Of a stretch of 64,000 nt of DNA, positions 1-12,246 are shown in pieces (the first letter of the stretch is position 1; the number at the start of each line of letters is the position of its first letter). Under the pieces are notes generated by a model. That model worked only from the letters and a program-made list of their open reading frames with translations. It searched no databases and was not told the DNA's origin. A program made the position numbers and the translations under genes. The stretch is from Diplonema japonicum (taxonomy: Eukaryota > Protista > Euglenozoa: Diplonemea). The DNA lies in NCBI GenBank assembly GCA_964019335.1, contig OZ025683.1:124001-188000 (forward strand), given 5' to 3'.

Positions 1-145
1 ACCGGGGGGGAAAACAAAAAGAAGTGTGTGTTGGGGAAGAGAGGGGGATCCCCCCCCCCCTGCCTCCCTCCCTCCCCATCTAGTACCATTTTCTATTTTT
101 TTGAAGAGAGGAAGAAAAAAAATCAATAAAAAGGGTGCCAAAAAA

Positions 146-2926
146 ATGCCCGCATGGTCAGCTGGAACGGAGGTTCTTCTGAAGCGTTCTAATGGGGAAT
201 GGGTGGCGGGGCTGGTGCACAAAGTTGTGGAGAATGCATTAGTGGTGCGATATTCGGGGGGTGACAAGAAGCTGGACAAGACTGTTCCCTTTAAGTTATT
301 GGAAGACTTTATAAAGATGCCCCCACCCAAGAGAAAACAAGCTGACGACCCCCCTCAATCAAAAACGGCTAAACGAGCTAAGAAAGGGAAGCCCCCCGCC
401 CCTAGCGATGCGAAGGAAGAGGTGAAGGAACAGAAGAGAAAGAACAAAGCGTTCAACGTGACCAACTTCATGCCGCACGCAATAGAGCTGGGGCTGATCA
501 GACTCACAGATGATATTGTCTTCAAAAAGAAAGCAGAATGCTCTGCGAACATAGTAGAGGTGGATGGGAAGTATCTCATCAAAGACGAGCAGAGCGGAGC
601 GACCTTCGCATCGCTGAACCAATGGGCCATCACGATGTACAATGACAAGTCGAAGAACGTCCAGAAGTACTCCTACCGCAAGCGCGACGGTAAGTTCGAG
701 CTAATCTATTCAGTCATCGCGAAACTGTGTGAACTAAAATCCCGGGAAAGTAGCCGCGGCACCAAGACCGCGGCTGAGAAGACCGAAACCCTTGCTGCCG
801 CTGCCAAAAAGCCGTGTGGCTCCTGCTCTAGAAAAATCGACAACGCAAGCTATGTGACATGCGCGGCACCGAAGCAGCACCGCCATAAGAACTGCCAACT
901 GCAGGTACACGCCAGGTGCATAAACCTAGCAGACGCCACACAAATAAACGCAGACCACATCTGGCTATGCGACGTTTGCTTCATCCCGTACATGACAAAG
1001 GTTGAGAAGGTCAACATCCAACAGTACATTATGGGCAATTTAGATGCCTTGCGAGCAATTCGTGCGGAGAAGCAAAGCCTCCGTGGTGTGCTTCCGCGGC
1101 TCCTCGGAGAAGGCCCGTGCGACACCTTCGCTCTCGGCACCGACGGAGAGCTTACCGCCTTGCAAGCAGGCATATCCCATTATTCTTACCGCAACAACAA
1201 GCACAGAGCATGGCTTGCAGAGGTCATCGGCAAGCCCCTTGAGCTGCCCGCCGCGAAGAAGGCTGCTGCTAACGACGTCATCGAACTGGATGACGACGAC
1301 GACGAAGAGCTTGAGGTAGACAGCAACGCAAAAGCCCTCGCTGCGAGGATCGGGAAGGACCACGATGGCAAGCTCACGTGTGTCCCCGTCTCGTCCCTCC
1401 GCCTCTTCGCAGGTCCTATTGAGAAGTACTACAAAACATCACCCTCAGTGGAGTTCAAGCCGCCTAAAAACAACGAAACCCTATTCTTCGACTGTTTGCA
1501 GGGCGACAGGGTCCCCCTCAATTGGTATGTTTACCTCCAGAGGGAAGAAGGCGGTGCGCTGTCAGTGGTGTTCTGGCCTGGTGCGGATAAGCATGCAAAG
1601 GCGGTCAAAATGTGTGACGTGTTGGACTTCCGGGGCGCCTTTGATGGGGAAATGGTGTACATGCACTTCACAGTGGGGCAGGACGTGCTGGGGCTGGCAG
1701 CAGCGACAAGAGAAGTACTGAGAAAGCGGCCTTCTGAGAAGTGCCACCCGTCAGGGATGCGGGTACTACCACTGTCGGCAACGGAACAGGGCCCTGTGCA
1801 CCTCACGATGATTTGTCACGCACCCTACCACGGTGGGAAGGAAAAGAGGGTCCAGGCTCGGACGGCCATCAAGGCCCAGTACTACCTGATCGAGACTGCA
1901 ATGCAGGCAAGGATGAAGAACGCAATACGATCAGCCAAGTCTCTCGGTGAAGAGATCTGCTGGATGCAAACAGAGACGAAGGAGCTTCTCGGTCTCAACC
2001 AAACGCTTTTCTCGTACACCCCAGGGTCATCACTGGATAAGGGGTTCCTCACCCTCGATGACTACGACAGGCTGAAGGACAAACGTTTTTTAAATGGAGA
2101 ATGCATCAACTTCTACCTCTGGCACCTGCAGTCCTCAACTTACAAGGATGTGTGCGTTTTCCCAACACACTTCTTCACTAAGGTCAAGAAGAATTTCGAG
2201 AGCTTGACAACGTGTGCCTCAATACCGCACTTGGAGTGGGTCACCAAATCGGACAACCTTCCAGCAAACTTCAAGTCGGTGCTGGACTTCCGTGCTCTGA
2301 TTGTACCGATAAATGACCCACGGAGGCACTGGGTGCTTGGGGTGGTCACTGACCTGGATAAAGTGAAAAAGGGCGGCGTGCCGACCTTGCGGTACTACGA
2401 CTCTTTCAACAAGCCAGACACAATGGGGTTCAAGCCTTCTATGGCGAAGTATGTCACTTATATTAAACAGGTTGGCATGTTCTCAACAGGTTTCTTGCGT
2501 ACCGATTTGCAGCAGAGATGGGAAAACCCTCTGCAAGGTATGAGGAGAAGGACAAGACGAAAAAAAAAAAAAAAAATTAAACCATAGCGATACACATTGG
2601 AAGAACTTTGCGATGATTGCGAAGGCAAACGAGCAGAGTTGCAAGGTGCCCATGCAGCTGAACCACACTGAGTGCGGCGTGCACGTTCTCTTAATGGTAT
2701 GCGGTGAGCTATGCCTTCTGGATTCATACAGGCCGCACTTTTGATGGATGAGAAAGACTTGTCCAGCTTCTCTCCTTCTTCGAACTGGTTCTCAGCGGAC
2801 ACGGAAATCCCTGCGTTGCGTTCCAAGATGAAGGCCCTCGTCCACAAGCGGACGAACGCCTCTGCCCCCGAACTCCTCCAAAAGCTTTCGTTGCTCGATG
2901 CAGAGCACGAGAAACAAGCCAAATAA
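146..2926 (+). CDS. Ulp1/SENP-family (peptidase C48) SUMO protease with N-terminal Tudor-like, RAMA-like and PHD-finger regions; introns 2449-2489, 2538-2587, 2697-2731
   Basis: Motifs FLNGECINFYL, IVPIN..HWVL and YYDS. Removing three GT-AG introns restores VPMQLNHTECGVHVL (oxyanion Gln and catalytic Cys). PHD C4HC3 pattern CGSC..C..C..H..C..CDVC. ATG at 146 follows an A-run. Confidence 0.85.
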
Positions 2927-2980
2927 ACGTGGCATTTCTTTCTTTTCTTTCTTCTTTTTTTACCGGCAGCACAGGCCTAG

Positions 2981-3892
2981 ATGCTACCGTGGTACACCGC
3001 GGTGAGTTGGGTGGCATGTTTTTTACTGCACCGGCAGTTCACATCGGAAGGCGAAGCGAAGGGGAATAAAGAGGTTCTGAGAATGGTTGAGATGCAGGAG
3101 AAGGAATGGGCTGTCAGCAAGCTGCTGACTAGGTGTGAGGGGCAAGTTTACACAAGGAAGTATCTCGTGCAGCTACTGACACATGAAGAGAGCGAGGTGG
3201 GGCCTGCCACAGGGAGGGACAAAGATGTTAGCAAGCGACTTCTTAGCGCGCTGCGAAAAAAGGACAAAAATGAAGCACTAGTGATGGCCAGGGCGGGGGG
3301 GTGGGTGGAGTCCGTGCAGGGCGACCATCAATGGACTGCACTCCATGTTGCAGGGAGCTTGGGGAGCAGCTCGAAGGTGACATACGTGCTAGGGATGCGG
3401 CACGGGACCGAAGCGAGGGACAGGTTCGGGTGGACCCCGCTTCATGTCAGCTGTGCTAAAGCATCTGTCCCTGCTGTGGCGGGACTCCTTGCTGCTGGGG
3501 CTGACGTCTTCTCCTTGACAACTGACGGTTGGTCGCCGCTTCTCCTGGCTTTGAAGTCCCCCCATGACTTGGCACGCGAGGCGACCTTACTCGTGCGCAC
3601 CGCGATCACAGCTTACATTAGCAACAGCATGTCACTGTATCCCCACATACCTCCCTCCCTCCCAGGGCTTCTTCCAGAAGTTTTCACCCTTGATACCTTC
3701 CTCACTTTCCCTTCTGTTGCCAGTCTCCCTACCCACGCAGCGCTTAATGCCGCGAAATCTCTTCTAGCATACGGCCATGTTGACAGGCAGATCGGTATCT
3801 TGCTGTTTATATCCCAGGTACGGCATGAAACAGCTGAGCAGCTCAGCAACCGTGCGCAGCAATGGACTGCGAAGCTTGCTGAACGGAAGTGA
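2981..3892 (+). CDS. Ankyrin-repeat protein (probable in-frame intron 3002-3037)
   Basis: Ankyrin motifs WTALHVA, GWTPLHVSC..LLAAGAD and DGWSPLLLA. Confidence 0.75.
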   Translation: MLPWYTAVSWVACFLLHRQFTSEGEAKGNKEVLRMVEMQEKEWAVSKLLTRCEGQVYTRKYLVQLLTHEESEVGPATGRDKDVSKRLLSALRKKDKNEALVMARAGGWVESVQGDHQWTALHVAGSLGSSSKVTYVLGMRHGTEARDRFGWTPLHVSCAKASVPAVAGLLAAGADVFSLTTDGWSPLLLALKSPHDLAREATLLVRTAITAYISNSMSLYPHIPPSLPGLLPEVFTLDTFLTFPSVASLPTHAALNAAKSLLAYGHVDRQIGILLFISQVRHETAEQLSNRAQQWTAKLAERK

Positions 3893-3976
3893 CCTACCAT
3901 CTTTTCAATTCGCTATTCGTTTTCTTTCTCCCTTTATGCTTATCTTAACCCTGTACAGGTGTGTACAGCAAGGAAC

Positions 3977-5581
3977 ATGTCGCGCCACCGCAACACGAAC
4001 CAAAACCATGACGACGACTACGACCTCGCACGTGGGGACTTCGACGACGACTACCTTGATGGGTACGACAAGGAAGAGAGGCGGATAGACCCGTATGATA
4101 GTGAACCGTACACCAAGAAGGAGTTCGTGAATGAGTACGGTGGCACCAAGGAATGGGACAAGGCGCCTCCTGAGTTCATCGAAAACGAGAAAGAGGTGAG
4201 CTCGACCCTGGCTGTGCCGAAGGACATGCATAAGAATCTACGAGAGGAAAAAGGTATTGTACAGAACAAAAAAAGAAACCCCAGAAAAAAATGAAACAGA
4301 ACGCCTTGAGACATGCCACAAAGTGGTGATACGCATTCCACCGCAGAACGAGGGAACCAATGTGGTGGAGTTCAAGGGCTTCAAGGATGCGAATGCCAAC
4401 GTGTTGAAGGCGACCAAGGCGCTCATCCAGCACTGGAAAAAACAGAAGGTCGACCTTGACAGAGACACAACTGGCGGTCTGGACAAATCGAAGCAAGTCC
4501 TCGAGTCCTGGCCCACACTTGAGACCCAGAAAGAGCTCACAGTTAGCTACGAAATCGACAAAACAGCACACGAAAAGATCCGTGGCAGTCAGAAAGAGAT
4601 CAACAAGCGTTTTAATTACGGGAAGGACGGCGTGGGCCTCTTCAGCACCGACGGCAGCGTCATCGGCGATACCTTCATCAACATTCCCCCGAAACTCGAC
4701 CTCTCGAATGTGATCACAATCACAGGCCCCAGCCACAAGGTGGAGGGAGCCGTCAAGATCCTCAATACCTTCCTCGAGCACTTCAAACTGCTGTGCTATG
4801 TCAGAAAGGTCACGAGATCTGACCAGACAGAGAAGAAGAAGGTATGACTCTAACGTACTTACTTACTTACAACCAGAAGCCTAAGAAGACTGCGAAGACC
4901 CAGCCGGCACCAGAACCAGAGAAACTCGAGGAGCACGCACCCAAGGGCATACTGGCAGAGGAAGCACCGGCCGCTGCAGGGAGGGGGGAACCTGCAGGAA
5001 GGGGTGAACCAGTCGGTCGTGGTGCGGGTGTAGAGCAAGGGGGTCGTGGTGGGGACCCGGCAGGACGGGGTGCAGGTGTGGACCAGGGAGGCCGTGGTGC
5101 GGGTGTGGAGCCAGCAGGGCGTGGTGCAGGCGTGGAACAAGGACAGTCAGCTGGGCGTGGTGCGGGTGTAGAGCCAGCAGGCCGTGGTGCAGGTGTGGAA
5201 CAAGGACAGTCAGCTGGGCGTGGGGACCAGGGAGAGCGCAGTGCCGTTGCGGACCAAGGAGGACGTGGAGCAGGTGTGGAACAGGAGGGACGAAGAGACG
5301 GGACAGGGGTAAAACAAGCTGGGCGCGGTTCGGGGGTAGAAGTTGAGCAGGGCTCCGGTCGTGGTATCCCTGCGGGACGCGGGGCCGACAGTGCAGGTGT
5401 GGAACCAGCAGGACGTGGGAGGGGCAGGGGCATCGACCCCAACGACCCGACCGCAGGGCGCGGAGCAGGCAGAGGAACTGCTGGGAGAGGTGCACCCGCT
5501 GGGGCTGGCCATGAGGTAATGGGGCAAAGAACACGGAAGTAGACAGTACTCGGTGACCAACGTAGTGGATTAAAACTCTAA
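3977..5581 (+). CDS. Putative RNA-binding protein: RRIDPYD..YTKKEF..YGG..EW motif, KH-like region, Gly/Arg-rich repeat tail; introns 4254-4299, 4842-4876, possibly 5516-5542
   Basis: GT-AG introns join ORFs 3959, 4257 and 4844 in frame. KH-like ends (ITITGPSHKVEGAVKIL). AGRGAG repeats. The 3' end is uncertain. Confidence 0.6.
4975..5510 (+). repeat. Coding tandem repeat encoding (A/G)GRGAGVE(Q/P) units
   Basis: Recurrent ggccgtggtgcgggtgtggag-like units, including a near-perfect duplicated ~63-bp block around 5094-5222. Confidence 0.85.
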
Positions 5582-5792
5582 AAGAAGAAAAAAAGGAAAC
5601 CTAAGAAAAGACCCGCCCAAAAACCCTAACCACAGCAAGCAACTTGTTGTGAGCTGCGGAGCCTGGTCTTTCACTTTCTCTTTTTCGCAGTGACGGGAGA
5701 ACAAAGAACCTTTGTCCCACCCCTTTGTCTCGGATATATTCTTTTTCTCTCTCTTCTGTACAGAACCCACCTCCAGCACTGTGGGCGTCTCG

Positions 5793-6410
5793 ATGGGTGC
5801 TATGCTGACGGGGTGCAGGTGCAACGCAGAGGATTGGGGAAAGGATGTGCCATTGCTGCCGGCACAGGTAATGATACTAGGGTTGCTGCCGATGCTGGGG
5901 CCGGAAGAACTGCTGTGCGTGGTACCTCGGGTCTGCAGCAGCTGGAGGTTTTTGGTGAAATGTTGCAGCCAATTGTGGTTAAGCAAAAGGGTTATACAAT
6001 TGTTCCATACAAGAGACGAGGCTGACCTTATACTGAAGTGGAGCGGGTTGGAAGCACGAACACTGCTAGAGGGATCTTGTAATGGATGCGCGGAAGACTT
6101 AAAGCTGAAAGAGCTGACCCTGAAGGCGGAAGGGATGCAACACACCTCAGCAAGGTTGCAGTCCTGGTTCTCAAACTCTGCCCTGTGGCATGACAATGTA
6201 CTTCGAGAATGGATCAGGCTGCTTGCGAGCGAAGCCGCCCCCGAAAATGTAGACCTATGGTCCGCCACCTCCCACTGGACTGATGGTTGCACCGTAGCAA
6301 CGGACCGCTTGGTGGAACTTCGATCGGGGTCCACGCTGCTCTGCTCCTTCCGGTTCTTTTCTCGTAACGCACGGCGGAAGCCTTTCTACCACAACCTTCT
6401 TGAGGGGTAA
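5793..6410 (+). CDS. F-box-like protein
   Basis: LPAQVMILGLLPMLGPEELLCVVPRVCSSWR fits the F-box pattern. The ATG follows a pyrimidine tract+AG (5762-5763). Confidence 0.6.
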   Translation: MGAMLTGCRCNAEDWGKDVPLLPAQVMILGLLPMLGPEELLCVVPRVCSSWRFLVKCCSQLWLSKRVIQLFHTRDEADLILKWSGLEARTLLEGSCNGCAEDLKLKELTLKAEGMQHTSARLQSWFSNSALWHDNVLREWIRLLASEAAPENVDLWSATSHWTDGCTVATDRLVELRSGSTLLCSFRFFSRNARRKPFYHNLLEG

Positions 6411-6775
6411 CGGGAGGGAAAGAGGAAAAAAGGGACAAAAATAAAACGAAACTAAAAGACGCCTTCGCAAAATGGTTGAAGTCTCAATTCCTCCCCTGTC
6501 CCACATCCTTGCTATCTTTCTTTTTCTCTTTGTTTATTTACCCCCCCCCCCCCCAGCCTCGTTTCTTTTTAAAAACCATCTTACAGACACCGTGTCACAG
6601 AGAGGATGGAGGGGGGAGAAGTAATATCTCTTCTTTTTTTCATTTCTAAGTTCTGGTTTTATGTTTTTTTAATACGATTTCTTTAAATGAAAAGAGCTTT
6701 TCCTTCTCACCCCCACCTATTAAAACCACACCTCAGAAACACTGTTGGTCGCCGAAGGAGGAAGGGGAAGGGGGA

Positions 6776-6796
6776 TTTTTTTTTCTTCTTCTTTAG
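6776..6796 (+). promoter_or_regulatory. Candidate spliced-leader trans-splice acceptor (polypyrimidine tract + AG) upstream of kinesin ATG
   Basis: ttttttttttcttcttctttAG ends 7 nt before the ATG. Similar sites near 3958, 5763, 27662, 30429, 31443 and 45362. Confidence 0.5.
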
Positions 6797-6803
6797 AAGT
6801 AAC

Positions 6804-9622
6804 ATGTCGAACATAAAGGTCTGCGCGCGGGCCCGCCCACCGCTGCAAGGCGAGGACAAAAATTTTGCGTTGGAGGTGGAGAGCGGGTCGGAGGCATCGA
6901 TAAGGATCAAAAGGGACGGAGAACCTAAATGCTTCTTCAGCAGGGTGTGGGGGGTGAACTCCACCCAAGAAGAAATCTTTGACGCGGTCGGCGCTCCCGC
7001 CGTCAACGACGTCCTGGAGGGATTCAACGCCACCATCTTCGTCTACGGTCAGACAGGAACCGGTAAAACATTCACATTAGGATGTACAAAATCAGGTCTT
7101 GAAGGTATTCAGCCAAGGGCCATCAACGCACTGTTCAAGAAGAAGGAAGCCCTTCAAGGCGTAAAGGACATCACACTGACTGTGGAATACATCCAACTTT
7201 ACCGAGATGCCATCCTCGACCTCCTGGACGTGACAAAGGACAAACTGAACATACGAACAAGCCCGGAAGGAGAGCCGACAATCGAGGGCAACACCATCAC
7301 AACGGTGGACACCGCAGCACAGTTCCACAACCTTGTGAAGCAAGGCGACAAGAACAGAACCACAGCGAACACGAGGTTGAACTCCAGTTCCTCGCGGTCG
7401 CACTCGTGCCTCATCACAACGGTGTGCTGCAAGCCGAAAGACGGCACCCCTCCGGTGCGAGGCCGTCTGTACCTCATCGACCTCGCTGGCTCCGAACGGG
7501 TTTCGAAGTCGGGTGCAACGGGTGAAGCGTACAAAGAAGCAGTCTCCATCAACAAGTCCCTCACCGTCCTTGGAACCTGCGTGTACGGGCTTGTCAACGG
7601 TGAGAAACACATTCCTTACAGAGACTCAAAGCTCACTCGTATGCTGCAGCACTGTCTGTCTGGCAACGGGCGGACCACCGTCGTCATCACCATCCACCCT
7701 GCTGCAGAGCATGCTAGTGAGACATCGTGTACATTGAAGTTCGGTGAGCGTGCGATGAAGGTACAGGCGCAGATGACCATAGGCGACTACCGTGACAAGT
7801 CCGACAATATCAAGATAAAACTGTCCCGTCAACAAGAGGCCTACACCAGCCAGATCGCTAACCTAACTGCGTATCAAAAGCTCCTTGCGGCCACGCAGGA
7901 GAGGTGCCAAGGGTTGAAGAGGCAAATCGACGACAGTGAGACACAGATCTCCGTCGAGGTCGATACCATGCGGGACAAGCTGCAGAAGGAGCACCAGACC
8001 ACCCTCGAAACCTACGAGTTGCAACTCAGAGCACAAGAAGCAAAGGTGAAGAAGGAAATCGAGTCCCTCCGAGAGGCAAATAAAAACAAACTAGCCTCCG
8101 CTGAACAACGACAGAAGGAAGAACAGGAACTCATTGCAGCAGCTACTGAATCCTTCAAATTAGACCAAGACGAGAGGCTGGAAACCGTACGGCGGAAAGG
8201 TGAGGAGATCAGGTCACAGGCTGCAGTGGAAGAGCCCGATGAGGAGCGCATCAAGACAGAGCTCGAGTCGTGCAGGAAGGAGGTTGCTGACCTGAAATTT
8301 AAAATCCGAGATTGCACACCTTCAAAGTACGCGGGGCTCAGCATTGCACAGCTGCGCAGCAAGGCAGCAAAACTACGAGGACAGCGAGTGTCCTTGTCGG
8401 GCAAGGTGAGGGACTTGACTTACGTGCGAGATGATCAGGTGTGGGGAAGGAACAAAAATAAAAAGAAAAACAAGCAAACAAACAAACAGATGCAAACAAG
8501 CGCGCTGCGTGCCGCAGGACTCTCAGATGGGGAGAGTGACATGTCTGCGGTATGGCTCGAAACAATCAGAATGCAATGTATCAAATCACATAGACCGCCA
8601 GCAGCGATTCTAGTGCTCGGCAAGCCCCTTCTGTGTCCTCTGAGTCGTCCTCCCTTCTGGGCGACGATGACAGCTCCTCCTCGTCTAGCAGCTCATCTGA
8701 CTCTGATGGGAGCAACGGTAAGAAGGGCGTGACCTTCGATGCCGACAACGAGAAGAATGCCCGTAGCCTGCAGAATCCTTTCGTCGATGACAGGAAAGAA
8801 GAGGAAGAGCTGTTCCGAACGATCGAAGCACGGCATCTGAAGGAAGCCATCCGCAAAGAGGCCGCTCTGCAGGAGCTGATCGAGCAGATTCTACAGTACC
8901 TCGAGTACGGGTGCCACGTGTGGCGAGTGACCCCAACGGAGGTTCAAAAGCAGTTCATTTACTTGGAGCGCGCGCGGTCGCTGCTGTTTGTGTGCAAGCT
9001 GGATGCAGACGGGAAGACTCCTCTAAGGAGGGAGTTCACAGAGATCGTGACCTTCAAGGACATAAAGGATGTGATGCTGGGGCAGTACTCTGACGACTTT
9101 GTGAAGCACGTGGGGACGGAACCACCCCCCACGCGGGACACGCCGAAGGGCACTACAGAGCCTGAGGTGACGACAGAGACGTTGAAGCAGTTCTTTTATA
9201 AATCGATGAGTATCAAGGTGCGGAAGTCCAAGTACTTGGACATCGTAGCGTGCACAGAGACAGACTTCGAGGCGTGGGTGGTGGCGCTCCACCGCATCAC
9301 AACCATCGACCCCCAATGGGGCAAGCCCCTTGACATCGCTCACTGTGAAGGTTACGATGCCCTCACACCCGAGGAGCGGGAACTGTGCAGCGAGAACCAT
9401 CTCACCCCCAAACGTCTGCAAGTCGCAAAAGAGAGCCTCCTCACGAAGGACCGGCTGTACGCCACCCTCTACGACCTCAGGACACTGTCGGACTGCGATC
9501 TGTTGCACTCCCAGAAAATCTTTACATTTTTCACGAAGCAAGGTTGGGTGGAAAAGCACGTCGCTTGGATGCTCAAAGGGCAGAAGAGCAGCATGCTGCA
9601 ACCTGGTGCGCACCTAAGTTAA
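6804..9622 (+). CDS. Kinesin with N-terminal motor, coiled coil, PH-like domain and C-terminal SWIRM/HTH-like domain; introns 8439-8489, 8550-8593
   Basis: Motor motifs GQTGTGKT, NSSSSRSH, DLAGSE and HIPYRDSKLTR. Two GT-AG introns join ORF 6687 to ORF 8633. PH-type C-terminal helix LDIVAC..DFEAWVVAL. Confidence 0.9.
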
Positions 9623-9728
9623 TGTGCGAATTATTTTCTCTTTTGTTTGATACAAAAAAAAAAACTAGTTCTCCCCACCCTCTTTTTCTCAAACACATCC
9701 ACAAGAGCCCATCACCCCACACAGGAGG

Positions 9729-11121
9729 ATGGGCTGCGGGTCGTCGACTGGGCAGCCAGTGGAGGAGGCACCGTGCGATAGGTATGCAGCGGTCAAGTCG
9801 TTGCGGACGTCCCGGCAGAGCACTGACACGGAGGCGAGCGAAGCGGCGATGACAGCGGAGTCGATGACAACCTTTGTGACACAACAAACGAAGGAGCGGG
9901 ACTCCTTTGATGGTGTGAGCGGGGATCGCTTGAGCGAAGGCGTTGAAGACTGCGAATCCCACTGCAGCATGAGCTCGAAGGGATCCCTCCACAGCGACGA
10001 CCGGAACCTGTTCGACAGCCCCATGTCGGGCGAGTTCGGGCTCCCTGAATCCCCTCAAAACTCCCCAAGGGTCTTCAAACGCCACCTCCGAAGAGCGATC
10101 ATGCACGGACGGTCAGTGGTGTCGCTGGACTGCGGGTCATTGTCAAGCCCAAGATCATACGGCTCTGCAAAGAGTCTTGCAAGACTATCGCAAGCGACTA
10201 ACCTAACACGGTACAGTTCCAAGAACTTGACGTCCACGTGCCCCACAACGCCTGAGGCTGCTTCCACACGCTCACCTTACTCCCTGATGCGCATTCTGTC
10301 TCGAGGGACTCTGCACTCTGCGACGGCCTCTGCGCACAGGGTAGTACATGCGAGATCCTTGAATGTGTCGCGGTCCATTTCACAAGACCGACTGATGTAT
10401 TTGTACGCAACCACCTCGCCGCTTCTCTCACTCCTTCCGCTTGATGTGAAGGAGTACCTCATCTCGTTTATCCCCGCCTACCATTTCGTAAAGAGCAACA
10501 ACACCTTGCACATCGAACGGGACAAGGCCACCGTTCAGAAGTGGATGCAGGACGATGCCATCGAGGACGTGTGGATGGAACCTCTTGTGAAGATCATGCC
10601 GGGGATCCCGAAGGGCAAGCGGGGGAGGGTCTGCTTGAAACAAGGACACCAACCGCAGTCCTTCAACACCTTCGGTGCTGTCTGTGACGATTTGGTATGC
10701 CGACCACCCCCTTTAAAAAAAAAAAAAAACCACCTTCCCGTACAGCTCCCGTTGATGGGGTCCAACAACCTCAGTTCGAGTACTGTCTATGCAGAATGTT
10801 CGAACACAGGTGGGCTGTCTTGGTGGTCCGACGGGAAGAAGTGTCCCGAGGACAAGGTGCAGCTCGAACGGGGGAGTATCTATACCATTAGCATAGATAA
10901 CGTGCAGTCACCAGCAGAGGTTTCTATCGTTGTTGCGGTATGCCGAGGGAGAAAGGGAAGAGGGGGGAGGAAAGAAACACACACAGAGCGCAGCCGGCAC
11001 AGTTCTTGCGACACACTCTGAGAAGATTTATGGCACAGAGCCAGACTCAGTAGTCTATGCCGCTGCTTATCTTTTTGATGAAGGCGAATCAGTGGAGCTG
11101 TGTCCTTGTGCTCAGCCTTAA
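9729..11121 (+). CDS. N-acylated (MGCGSS) protein with F-box-like motif and SPRY/B30.2-like C-terminus; introns 10695-10745, 10938-10986
   Basis: MGC myristoylation/palmitoylation start. LLPLDVKEYLISFIP motif. Spliced end reads YAAAYLFDEGESVEL. Confidence 0.55.
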
Positions 11122-12246
11122 GCTTATTTTCCCTCCCCCACTTTTTAATGGCTGTGTGCGTGTGCAGACAGATCGGAATAGAGAAATTCGTTTTTTCTTT
11201 TTTTTAATATTTTAATTTTCAGTTTTGTTCAGTTCTGACACCCCTTTAGCTTTTTTTTTTTTTTTCCTTTTTGTGAGGAGAACTGGAGGCGCGACAAAAG
11301 TTTCTTTTTTATATTCTTTTCTTTTCCAGGTTGTCATCCCTTTTTTTTTCCCCCTTTTAGTCACGAGGAAAACAAAAAAGAAGAAGAAAAAAAAAAAGAA
11401 ACTGCTTGTTCTTGGAGTTCTCCCCCCCCCCCCCCCCCCCCCAAGTTTAGGGGGAGAAAGAGAAGGGAACAAAAAAAGGGGTATTTCCTTAGTACAGGTA
11501 TCTCTCTCCTTTCCACACTTTGTTATTTTCAAGTCTCCCTGGGTTTTGTTACATTCTCTTCTTCTTTTTGTCTCTCTCTTGTAATTAAAAAAAGAAAAAA
11601 AAAAGAAAAAAACAAAGAAAACCTGTTCTCATTCAGAAAATCGTTATCTATGTGAAAACTTTTTCCCCCCTTCTTTTTTATCTTAACGAGCAAGCGCGTT
11701 CTCTTTTCCTTTTGTTATCTTTTTCTCTTCGTTCTTAAGGGTTCTGGGTGCGTGACACCACCCCTTGCGCGAGCCATTTCAGATGACTCCTGCACATCAT
11801 GACGCTCCTTCAATGTGTCGTTAACAGAAAAAAAACTCGGAATTTACCTGAAATAGCCAATAGACGAATGTGACTGTGGTCGGGAGACAAGAGAAGGAAG
11901 AAAGAAAGAAGAAGAAAAAAGTATTCGAAACCCCCCCCCCCCCCCCCCCCGAATGAAAGATTTTTTTTGAAGATAAAGACAGAAAACCAAAAAAAAAAAA
12001 AAAGTGAGAAGACGAGGGAAGAGTATTTTAAAAAAAAAAGAAATAGAAATTTCCCCCTCCTTTTCTATCTCTCTTTTTTCTTTATTCTTCTTCTTTCTTA
12101 TTCTATTCAATTTTTTCAGGTTCTACTCTTTTTTTCTTTTTCTTTCTCTTATACTTTATTTCATTTATTTCTTTTTTCTTTTTTTATAAAAATCCTGTTC
12201 ACCACTGTTTGACAAAACGAGAAGGGGAAGGAAGGGGGGGAAAAAA

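Noticed and set aside
2471-2489. Apparent 19-nt GT-AG micro-intron
   Set aside because: It gives the wrong frame. The 41-nt intron 2449-2489 restores the catalytic Cys frame.
4975-5510. Repeat array resembling a CRISPR
   Set aside because: The repeats are in-frame, degenerate at third codon positions and lack unique spacers; the context is eukaryotic.
11212-12212. ORFs rich in poly-Phe/Lys/Pro/Gly in spacers (also 27260-27886, 33413-34039, 58031-58980)
   Set aside because: They are translations of homopolymer tracts. The same applies to upstream GTG/TTG extensions of real genes.
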